Assembly (NCBI GenBank): GCA_002269645.1
Contig: NIVC01002466.1
Coordinates: 1-64,000, forward strand
DNA length: 64,000 bases
From: Macrostomum lignano
Lineage: Eukaryota
Direction of reading: 5' to 3'
The first letter of the stretch is position 1. Each line of letters begins with the position of its first letter. The notes under the pieces are model-generated. The model had not been told where the DNA came from. It did no database searches and was given only the letters and a program-made list of their open reading frames with translations. This document shows, piece after piece, positions 11,201 through 21,547 of this stretch. A program made the translations under genes and the position numbers.

Positions 11201-13035
11201 TTGCGGGATGGTCACGTGGCGAAGCAGCTGAAGGTCAAGTTATGGTTAAGAGTGCAGTCTGCATTCTAGCTCAGTAAGCTAGGGGCACTTTTAATGCTGC
11301 CGCTGACACAGGGTGTACAGCCCTGACATTCACATCATCAGGCAGTGTACATTCTCTGCGCCTTGTAGGGGTTGGCCGCCACGGACGCGAATCGCGCGAT
11401 AAAGCCCCCATTAAGTGACCAATTCTGTGTACAAATCATTTACCGCGGAATCGAACCCGGGACTTGAGAGGGAGTGTCAGATACGCTAATACGCGCAACT
11501 TCATGAATGAGTAACTCAAAATAGAACTGATTCAGAAGGAATTTTAATATGGCACATCTATTATCAGTTACGCGTATCTCTGCATTACTTACAGTGGGAA
11601 CAAAAATGCGTCATCATTATTTTTAAAGAGAGGAGAGAGGGGAGAAGGGAGAGAAGAGAGAAGGGAAAAAAGAGGAGAAAGAGGAGAGGAAAGAGGGGAG
11701 AGAAGAGGTGAGAGAGGAGAGGAGAAAGAGGAGTGAGAGGAGAGAAAACAGTCAAAAAAGCAATTAAGTTGATGGGCACTGAGCGCCACAGATGCATTCT
11801 GCAGAACACAACATTCCTGCAGCAGCTGTAACAGCCAACAGCAAGAGGTCCCAATGTGCCATCTGTGATATTCTCGCCAAGTATTGCTGCAGGCTGCTGG
11901 TGCATTGCAAGCATGGCAAGAAAGTTACAAGAAGTTACGAAAAATTTACTAGCTATGGATACGGATGTTGATACACGAAAAATTTGGTCAGAGAGAGGAG
12001 AGGAGAGGAGAGGAGAGGAGATTAGAGTAGAGGATAGGAGAGTAGAGGAGAGGAGAGGAGAGGAGAGGAGAGGAGAGGAGAGGAGAGAGAGAGAGAGGAG
12101 AGGAGAGGAGAGGAGAGGAGAGTAGAGAGGAGAGGAGAGGAGAGTAGAGGAGAGGAGAGGAGAGGAGAGGAGAGGAGAGGAGAGGAGAGGAGAGGAGAGG
12201 AGAGGAGAGTAGAGGAGAGGAGAGGAGAGGAGAGGAGAGGAGAGTAGAGGAGAGGAGAGGAGAGGAGAGGAGAGTAGAGGAGAGGAGAGGAGAGGAGAGG
12301 AGAGTAGAGGATTGGAGAGGAGAGGAGAGGAGAGTAGAGGAGAGGAGAGGAGAGGAGAGGAGAGGAGAGGAGAGGAGAGGAGAGGAGAGGCGAGGAGAGG
12401 AGAGGAGAGGAGAGGAGAGGAGAAAGTCTCTTCCCTCTCTCCTCTCTCCCTTCTCCCCTCTCTCCTCTCTTTAAAAATAATAATGACTCATTTTTGTTCC
12501 CACTGTAAGTAATGCAGAGATACGCGTAGCTAATAATAGATGTGCCATATTAAAGTTCCTTATGAATCAGTTCTATTTTGAATGTAGGCGGAACTATGTA
12601 AAAACAATGCCTGAACAATAGAAACCAGGAGTATTAATTGTGCATGCAAGATCAAACTGCCCAACCTTTTCCAACTCGGCGTCATTCTGGATGGCCAGCA
12701 TGAGGTGTCGCGGAATCAGTCGTTTCGCTTTCAACGCTTTGCAGGCGTTGCCGCTGAGTTCCAGCAGCTCGGCTGAAATTCCAAGTTGGTGTTTGGCGAA
12801 TGCTTTGCAGTTGCATTCTGCGCTCCGAACCTCGAGACAAGCAATCGCGGTGGATGAGCTCCACAAACTCACCAGCCAGGTACTCCATGATGGCGGCGGC
12901 GTAGACGCTGGCCCCCTCGGAGATGCGCATTCGGCTGAAGCCGCGGTAGGCCCGCAGGAAGCGGCGCACCTTGGCAACGGGGAACACGAGGCCGGCGCGG
13001 TCGCTTTTGCTGCGACGTATTTTCTTCACAGCCAT
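8223..13035 (-). CDS. macroH2A: macroH2A histone variant (H2A fold + basic linker + macro domain), 6 exons, intact
   Basis: Exons 13035-12873, 12772-12666, 11227-10853, 10193-10053, 8822-8602, 8385-8223 join in frame at GT-AG sites. H2A fold: [59 protein letters not shown]. Ala/Lys/Arg-rich linker. Macro domain: [91 protein letters not shown]. Confidence 0.96.
8425..8570. repeat. 20-bp minisatellite in macroH2A intron 5
   Basis: ~7 copies of CTGCCTGGGGATCTTGCACT. Confidence 0.9.
8865..10020. repeat. Composite 22-bp / 51-bp minisatellite filling macroH2A intron 4
   Basis: GCTGATGGGATGAGGATTCCGA arrays plus a 51-bp higher-order unit containing TCTGTCTAAGGATCCAGCTGGGTAATGA. Confidence 0.95.
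10255..10820. repeat. 20-bp minisatellite filling macroH2A intron 3
   Basis: TTGGGATCAGATTGGGAGAT/GCT tandem copies. Confidence 0.95.
11290..11500 (-). mobile_element. tRNA-derived SINE (related subfamily)
   Basis: Minus strand: ..CCCGGGTTCGATTCC (B box)..GTCACTTAATGGGGGCT..GGCCAACCCC.ACAAGGCGCAG..TGTACACTGCCTGATGAT..ACACCCTGTGTCAGCG. Confidence 0.65.
11516..12581. mobile_element. Foldback element: ~140-bp inverted repeats enclosing a GA-rich (AGAGG)n interior
   Basis: 11516-~11655 (TCAAAATAGAACTGATTC..ACAGTGGGAACAAAAATG..TTTTTAAAGAGAGGAGAGAGGGGAGAAGGGAGAG) is the reverse complement of ~12442-12581; (AGAGG)n at 11990-12425. No TSD seen. Confidence 0.8.
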
Positions 13036-13631
13036 GTTGCTGGGTGCGGCTGCAGGGTGTTTAAAAAAGATGACAAGAAAAGTTATAAACAATAGCTGTT
13101 GCTAATAACTGCAGCTTAACTACAACAAAGTTTTTTTCTTTAAAAGTGCATTGATTTTTTCATGGATACTGAGATAACTAGCTTGGAGATGGGGTATATG
13201 CTTAGTAAAACAGTCTCACTACTTTCAGTTTAGTAGCAAAGGGGAATACATAAGCTTAGAACTGAGTTTGTAGACATAGATAACTTGCTACTAAAATGTA
13301 TAGTAGCTTGAGCTAGAGCATATAGTGAGAGCAATAAATTAGAACTAGGCGGTGACATAAGAGTAAGGATTTTAATCTAAGTAGCCTATCTATTTATTCT
13401 AATATTAATGAAGATTTTTATATTAAAAATTTCTGCAATTTTTTGCTCCAGAGCTAGTAATGACAACAAAAATTTAATATTGCAGTGAGAATATCCAATA
13501 TTTTAATGTCAAACATTTTTAAATGTTATTATAAGTAAAATTGCACTAAAATTTTATAAAAAGTATTCTATCCTTCCAAAAAAGTCAGAGAAATCCAAAA
13601 ACTCCAATGCAAAAATAGTTAATTGCTATTA

Positions 13632-13910
13632 AGGTGGCTGTAGCCTAGTGGTCTAATATGGTAATCTTATATGATAATGGCCCTAGGCTCAATTATAAGT
13701 GTGCAGTCACATTAATTTGGGGCTAGATTAGAATCTTTGCTTGGGTCTACTTGTGCAATTAAAACCCCTGAAAGCCAAACCCTAGGGTACAATGATGTGT
13801 ACTTTTTATTTAGCCATAGAGGAGCTAGCAGAATAGACAGAATGTCTCTTGCTATTTGTGAGACAATGCTGCTTAAAGTACACTAAAGTGCACAGTCCCT
13901 GCCTCTAATA
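13632..13910 (+). mobile_element. Decayed tRNA-derived SINE (CpG-eroded)
   Basis: TGTAGCCTAGTGGTC..GGCTCAATT..GTGCAGTCACATTAATTTGGGGCTAGATT..GTGTAC, plus 3' block GACAATG..TTAAAGT..AAGTGCACAG.CCCTGCCTCTAA. Confidence 0.7.
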
Positions 13911-15019
13911 ACAAACAATAGACATTGCTATCGCAAGAACTTATGCTTATACTAAAGTAGACCTTTTAGCTTTATCAAATCATTTTAATTGGTTTTTGAA
14001 AAATTTTGATTTTTAGGAAATTTCTATGAACTTATAGAAGTTAGACTTTTACACGAAAAATATATAACTATATAAATGAAATATTAATGTATTTATATGT
14101 GCGAAACATTTTTACAGAAAAAATGATACTAAGACAGGTTAAGCAGAGCAGTGGGCTTTTTGCTTTGCTTATGGTTCAGTAAGATTTTGTATTTTAATAT
14201 TCAATCGATTTTTTAAACTTTGTAATAATCCATCAAACGCAATGAGTCATGTTCGCCATGAGAAAGATTGTATTCTCAAAGGACGAAATTTTTAAGCTAT
14301 CTAGACTATAGTCCCTACAAATGATAATAGCGATAGTAAAATTTTTACTATTCTTTCCTTAAATACTTGTTTCTACGATACGTAAGTAAGGCATTAAATG
14401 AAGAAGTTAACGGGGCACTTTCTTTTTGCATCAAGATTTTGCCTGTGCCTGGCCCTGTGTATGTGTATACCCAGTGACCATGGTGGTGGATCCAGGGGCA
14501 GGGTGGTGGCGGTGCATGCCCCATCCCGCTGAGTATTGAGGCCAATTTTTTGCCATGTCTTTTGTCGTGTTTCATTTGGACCTATATGATACTGATTTTG
14601 AAAATGCTTAATATAGGTTTCCCTGCCCTTGAAAGATTTCTCAATCCGGAAGTATACTTTGGACCCTGGACCCTCAAATCAAGTTTATAAGATCGGATTT
14701 AAAATAATGATAAAATTGGAAGGCTTTGAAGTTCATTTATTTTTAGCGAAAATCTCCTAACTTTCAAATTTTACCACACTTATCGATTTTGCTATTTGAT
14801 AATAAGGTATTTTTATAGTATTTGTTAAAAAATGTTCAAATTTTCAAATGTCAAATGTTCAAATTTTTGTTATCGCGACATGCGTAAAAATAAAATTCAC
14901 CCAGATAAAATTACCGCATTATACTCTGAAACACGAAACACGGTACAAAATCTTATGACTCGATAAAAATCAGGAGTTTTTAGGGTTATATTCCTGAATT
15001 TTTCAAAACGGGCCTGAAT

Positions 15020-15194
15020 CCTAGGTGCGCGGATCCAGAGAGGGGCCAAGGGAGCCAAGCTCCCCCTCACCCGCGGCCAATAAAATTTAGGCCATACTTT
15101 TTGGCCTGCAACTATGCCAGGTCTATTTTCCAATATTAGGTTGTAGTGCTTGGTAAAGCTTGCCCTCAAAAAAAATTTTCTGGATCCGCGCCTG
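15020..15194. mobile_element. hAT-type MITE, 175 bp, 8-bp TSD GCCTGAAT
   Basis: GCCTGAAT at 15012-15019 and 15195-15202; ends AGGTGCGCGGATCCAGA / TCTGGATCCGCGCCTG. Confidence 0.75.
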
Positions 15195-16544
15195 GCCTGA
15201 ATTGACAGATCAATAGAGAAAGAGAGTAGACGCATTAGTGGCATCCGCATTTGAATCTTATCTACATTGTAGCAATAATACGCGGCTTCAACTTAGTGCA
15301 AATTGCTGCCGAAATAAGCCGTCATCATGCATATAGTTTATTTATAAGTTAATTGCTAAATTCTATGATAAACATACTTAGCATAAATCGTTTTTTAAAA
15401 GAATGCCACAATCATACATCAAACAAGAACAGCTGTACGACTTCAGTGTATATTACCTTTGGGGAATCATTTTAAGCAAAGTACATGTTCTTAATTCTAA
15501 ACAATATACTTATACAAAGGATCTAAAAATTTCCCGACACCATTGTATCAATTAATAATTATGCGCACTCGGTCTGTGCATGGTTTATAGAGCAATTATT
15601 CGATACTATATTATTGATCTTGTATTTTTTACGATTCTTATGAAACTCGGCACCCTGTTGCTAAACGTGTACGCTTTTCAAGAAAGTTCTGTTTAATGAT
15701 TTATTCGCTTCGACAGAATCATACAAACGTGCTTTATAGAGCTCCTACTGAAAAACACAAATTGCGCATGTAAGTATGGATCTGGCTCTGCCTATACATG
15801 TAGCTAAATGTACGTGATATTTTTTATTTAGAATCTCTGCCGAAGACAAATAAGAAAAGTGTATCAAGTACACGTAATGTATTTGAAAATCAAAGCTCGG
15901 AAAAGTACATAAGAGTATTACACATATATGCTCAACTCAAGAGCCAGTTACGGCGAAATGAATATTTCAAAAAGATGTAGTATCAGCTAAAAAATCGGAA
16001 CCTCGTGAACCCACAGGGCCACTTTCAAAGACATTTAGCCAAAAAGCACTTCTTTTGCTTCAAGGAGCCCTCTTTGACTGTCGGCCTCCCTTTAAGTCTT
16101 CCTTTGGAGCCTGTCTGTCAGTCACTAGCAACAATTGCAACTTTGTGGGGAATGAGTTCTGAGCAGGCGGACAAGTAAGGAAATATGGGATGAGCCGGGG
16201 GAATGAAAGAGCAAAGCTCCCATGCAGCGACTCTCTACAGCAAATGAGTGAGCAGTTCTTCAACCTTTCCGTCCGCTCAACCTCTTCATTATTATCAGCT
16301 ATGGTCTCTCCATCCGCCTGAAGGATGCTTCTTGCTTAGGCCTAGTTTTCCTGTCACGTCTTTTGTTGTTGCTTTCATTTGAGGGTTCGCTGCTTCATTT
16401 CGGCTGCGGGGGTAACTTTGCTTATTTCACTCGGTGCAGAACCGCAGACACAGGAATATTTTATTGAATAATCAAAATAAACTGGCTTAGGAGTCCAATG
16501 ACTGTGAATTCGGTTAAGCCTCTGAAGCTGAGAGACTTGATTGG

Positions 16545-16640
16545 TTATCCCTAGTAGATAGAGCGTGCCCACCTAGTAGATAGGGGTGCCCATCTAGGAG
16601 ATGGGGGTGCTCACCTATAGGAGATAAGGGGCGCCCATCA
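16545..16640. repeat. Short ~20-bp degenerate tandem repeat
   Basis: CACCTAGTAGATAGGGGTGCC-like unit, ~4 copies. Confidence 0.6.
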
Positions 16641-17489
16641 AGACACCAAATACCGGCGCCCCCCCCTCAGAGTTGCTGCCACCTCCAAATGAATTTGCTG
16701 CGTGTGCCTCTGCCCTACAAGAAATTTCCACATGTTGAGCATCCACCTATCTCAATCTGTTTCAATTCCCCGCCACGCATTAGAAACCACAGTATTCAAG
16801 ACACAGTTCAGTCTGCATTAATAGTCCTACCAGAGCTTTGAAAACGAGAAATTTCATACCGGACGGGTTGAGATGCAAGATCCGGTTTCTTCAATAAAGA
16901 GGATGGAGACTGGATTTTTACTGGATTGGCAGATTTATGATCTTGGTGGCTCCTGCTCACTCCGGCTGCCACCCCCATGGGAGCCGCGGATTCGCCATCA
17001 GAGCCGCGTGCAGCTCATTTTTTCGCTTGCTTTTTCCACTTTACAGCAAGCTGGGTTGCGCATCAGAGAGTGTTGCAGATCTCTTGAGCTCAAGATAAGA
17101 TGCGAGTTTTTCAACTTCATGCTGGAATATCGGATGGGGATATTCGGGACTTGCTGAGCTCCAATTTGACAACAGCAGCGGCAACAATTTTCGGCTAAGG
17201 GAAGCCGCAGCGCTCACCCTCGGGGATCGAATCCTAAACACTCTGACTTCTGTCGGCTAAAGGCAAGCCTACAAGCAGGATTACTAATTAAGCTCCTGTA
17301 AGTGAGAAGGCTTAGGCTAACTAAAGGGAATCTCCTGTGGGATTTCAGCCCGAATAGCCATAAAAAGTGATTGAAATACTCGAATTCTAGGCGCTGCACA
17401 AAGCAAACAGATCGCTTTGAGCTGAGCTCTGACCACAATCTGCTCTGGTCTACTGCCGGTTAGACTCTATTGCCGGCTCACCCTCCCTC

Positions 17490-18400
17490 TCCTTCCCTCT
17501 ACTCCTGGTCTGTCTCATTCTCCCTCTCCTTCCCTCTACTCCTGGTCTGTCTCATTCTCCCTCTCCTTCCCTCTACTCTTGATCTGTCTCACCCTCTCTC
17601 TCCTCTCTACCCCTGATCTGCTTCACCCTCTCTCTCTCCTCTCTACCCCTCATCTGCTTCACCCTCTCTCTCCTCTCTACCCCTGATCTGCTTCACCCTC
17701 TCTCTCTCCTCTCTACCCCTGATCTACTTCACCCTCTCTCTCTCCTCTCTACCCCTCATCTGCTTCACCCTCTCTCTCCTCTCTACCCCTGATCTGCTTC
17801 ACCCTCTCTCTCTCCTCTCTACCCCTGATCTACTTCACCCTCTCTCTCTCCTCTCTACCCCTCATCTGCTTCACCCTCTCTCTCCTCTCTACCCCTGATC
17901 TACTTCACCCTCTCTCTCTCCTCTCTACCCCTCATCTGCTTCACCCTCTCTCTCCTCTCTACCCCTGATCTGCTTCACCCTCTCTCTCTCCTCTCTACCC
18001 CTCATCTGCTTCACCCTCTCTCTCTCCTCTCTACCCCTGATCTACTTCACCCTCTCTCTCTCCTCTCTACCCCTGATCTACTTCACCCTCTCTCTCTCCT
18101 CTCTACCCCTCATCTGCTTCACCCTCTCTCTCCTCTCTACCCCTGATCTACTTCACCCTCTCTCTCTCCTCTCTACCCCTCATCTGCTTCACCCTCTCTC
18201 TCCTCTCTACCCCTCATCTGCTTCACCCTCTCTCTCTCCTCTCTACCCCTCATCTACTTCACCCTCTCTCTCCTCTCTACCCTCATCTGCTTTACCCTCT
18301 CTCTCCTCTATACCTCTCATCTGTCTCACCCTCCCTCTCCCTCTACCCCTGATCTGTCTTACCCTCCCTCTCCTCTATACCCCTGATCTGTCTCATCTGA
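17490..18400. repeat. CT-rich 33-35-bp minisatellite
   Basis: CCTCTCTACCCCT(C/G)ATCT(G/A)CTTCACCCTCTCTCTCT tandem copies. Confidence 0.95.
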
Positions 18401-18674
18401 GATATCTTCGTCTTTATCCTTGATTAATCTCCCCCTTTTCCTGTCTCCCCGCTCCCAGCCCCTTAGCCCAAGTGTAAGGTCGCTATCTCCTATCTCCTAT
18501 ACTCTCCTATGAATTTCTGTGCCCAAGACTATCACAAACAGAAAACAAGCATCAGCTTATATCAAATGATAGAAATCCTCACGTTACTCTGTGTGGGCAA
18601 AAAAGCAGTTTAGTTTTGTGTCTATCGAACAAATTATCCAAAAATCCATTTAAAAGTGTCAACTTGACATGAGT

Positions 18675-19202
18675 TCACTTTTCCTGATCGCCCGCTGCTG
18701 CCCGATCAGCAATCTCGACGGACTCAGCGGCGTCCTCCTCTGAGGCTCGGGCAGCGGCCTGCAGGAGCGCCGCGGCCTGGTACTGGTGGCAGTGCCGCCT
18801 CCGCTTCTCCAGGAACTCCCGCCTGCGCTGCCGCTCCTCCTCGGTGAGTCCGGCCGCTTCCTCGTCGATGTCGGCGTCGTGCTGCGGATCGTCCATCCGC
18901 TGCCGCTGAAGAACCACCGGCGCGGGGAGCGGGTCGCCGCCGCTGCTGCTGCTGCTGCCGCCGTCTGCAGGGTCGGCATCGGCAGCGTCCGTGACGGCAA
19001 CCACGGCGATATCGCTGAAGCTGGTGCGCCGGTGTTGCTGCGATGTCGGACCCGGCCAGTCCGGGTCCGGAGCCTGGAGCGTGGCTGGCGACTGGCCGCC
19101 CTGAAGTGCGGCGGCGGTTTCTCCGACAAACTGCGTCTTCAAGATGCCCTTCTTGTGCCTGCTGGCGTTCCAGGCAGAGTTTCCAGGTGCTTCGGAAGAC
19201 AT
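18675..19202 (-). CDS. PPP1R2-like: Protein phosphatase 1 inhibitor-2-like protein, single exon, 175 aa, divergent
   Basis: ATG at 19202 to TGA at 18675, GC-rich. N-terminal KKGILK (SILK-type motif), RRTSFSD at the position of the I-2 KSQKWDE site, and LTEEERQRRREFLEKRRRH matching the I-2 helix LSPEEREKKRQFEMKRKLH. Confidence 0.7.
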   Translation of the reverse strand: MSSEAPGNSAWNASRHKKGILKTQFVGETAAALQGGQSPATLQAPDPDWPGPTSQQHRRTSFSDIAVVAVTDAADADPADGGSSSSSGGDPLPAPVVLQRQRMDDPQHDADIDEEAAGLTEEERQRRREFLEKRRRHCHQYQAAALLQAAARASEEDAAESVEIADRAAAGDQEK

Positions 19203-20244
19203 TGGGTTGGGAGAGCTGCTGAAGGGAGCATGAAAGACGCGGCATTAATGTAGGCCTTCAGAGATCGTAGTCCTAAAGTTTTATACTCAGCAATTTAAAA
19301 CCACAAAAGCTGGCACGGCGTCGGTAGACAAAAGCGTCAAATTCCAACCCGCAGTGCAAATAATGCATGTGTATGAATGTTTCTCACTAAATTTAAAAAA
19401 CGACTTTCAGGAAAATTTTTTGTCTTTTCAAATAATCAACTGTCTTATAGTAAGTTGCCAGTCAACGTAGATAAACAAACCATGAGCAAGCAACAAAGTG
19501 TAAAAATTTCATTAAAAATTGGTTTTTCAACTATCATAATTTCTTAGCTCGTATTGTCAGTTGAGATTGCTTGAGAAAAAGTCTTAAATACTCGTATAAA
19601 AAATTGCTTTTTTATACAAAGTATATAGCATACAAATCAAGTCTCCGTCAATTAACCTACATGTGTAAAATGATCGAAGAACATTTATTACATATGAACG
19701 GGACACAGACCTGTTTGACTGATCCGAAGGCAGAAGTAATTTGCTTGATTGCTATATTAAAGCTTTTTTGCAATTATTTAAGAGATTTTTACGGAATTAT
19801 TTAAACAACTGCAAAGTTTTTTTTCAGAAATCTCGAGTGTGAGCACCTTGAAGTAGATATTTAAATTTCGAAAAATAATTTAGTCACATTTGTCGAGCAT
19901 TCACAAAAATTTTTTAATATTTTTTATTCTAAATAATTATTGGATCGCTTTTTACATATTTTTGTCACCACGCTGTATAATGCAGCGGTTTGTTTGTTTA
20001 AGTGACCTATTCGTATAGTTTTTTTTCGGATTTATGCAATCATTTCAAATGGCTAATATTAAATTGTAGAAGGCGATGAAGCCATCATTTCATGTATGAT
20101 TTCACAATGACAGGAGAAAATTTTAATTTTTCCACAAAAGCGACTAGCATACTCAGTGACACCGATTCCAAAGAGATGAAATGCGACCAAGATATTACTA
20201 TCAAATAGGGTCTAATATTTTAATTTTTTTCACAACAGCAATTA

Positions 20245-20267
20245 TAGCACAGCCAAACAGATAGATC

Positions 20268-20364
<97 letters not shown>

Positions 20365-20385
20365 GATAGATAGATAGATAGATAA
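20245..20385. repeat. (GATA)n microsatellite
   Basis: Direct reading of the sequence. Confidence 0.98.
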
Positions 20386-21547
20386 AAATATGTATACATG
20401 GATAAATGATTTCGCGTAGTTTAATATATTTTTATTGATTTTCGAGAAATAATTAGAAATTTTGGGCTTACAATTTATAGATCATTGTGTAAATAAGTGT
20501 ACTAGTTGAGTAGTATAACGAATTTATTACGATATTAAGCTTTATACTCAAGTGGAAGTGAAAGTTTTAATAAAAAACTGGTCATTTTCACGAAATATTT
20601 CCGATCGAGCGGTGCAAATTTCCCGAAAAACGGTTGAGCCGCATTAATTCTGAAAATCAATCATATCGCATACCCCTAGATACCGACAATTCATTTTAGT
20701 ATAGTGGACTAGCCATTTTCGGCCTCTGTTAAGGAAGTAAGCAACAAAAAAGAAATTTAAAATTTTGAATAGACTACCTGTAGGTTTTGACTAACTACAC
20801 CAAGAATAGGAACAACTAAAGCTTTTCTTGGAATTGCCGGTCATCATATACTTACATTAAACTGACTTTGCAACTCTTGCACTCTTTTATATCTGCAGTG
20901 TTTCAATTAGCCACAATTTAGGAATAATTGTAACCCAGCTACCAACGAAATAATAGTCTTAGCTCGCTTTTCTCTCTTTAAAAAATGCTTTTGATGCGTT
21001 ATTTTAAGCGTTTAAGGACTCCGAAAAGCAACGACAACCCTGGATGAAGCGATACCCACGTACACAATAAACGTCTTTTAGGGCGATGAGAAACCCAGCC
21101 GCTGTTGACGCCGCCTGCGAAAAGCTCTCTTACTCCCATTAGTCGGCTGCATTTCTAATGCATTCGGCACGCGTCAGTCAAACTCTCGATTTGCCTGGCA
21201 ACTGCCTTCTTTCAGCGCGTCAATGCGAGAAAGCAGAGTTTGCCAGCAGAGATCGATATACCAAAGTAAAAGCAAACCATTCAGGCAAAAGACAACTTTT
21301 TTAGGGGAAGAGAAAAAGTTCCGGTTTGAAAGGTGGCTTGAGAGACAGTCAATTACTTCCATCCAACCCCTGTTTATTCGCCTCCATCTTCCATGGCAAC
21401 ATGCAAACAACAAGAGAAGCTTTTCTCGGTCTAAGCAAGGCAGGAAAAGGTTCTGAAACGGATAAAAAAGAGCTACCTAAAAGTAAGATGTTGCTTTCTT
21501 GCTTGCATGCTCAATACTTGCTTTTTGTTAGAAATTCACTCTGCAGC

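Noticed and set aside
16050-17260. Possible decayed LINE ORF2 fragments (also WLSLAALDKSAWR at ~27200-27250)
   Set aside because: Only isolated short resemblances; not enough to support a feature.
227-19202. Functional linkage of ACSF3, macroH2A and the I-2-like gene (same strand, adjacent)
   Set aside because: No sequence evidence for co-transcription, and adjacency alone is uninformative in a eukaryote.
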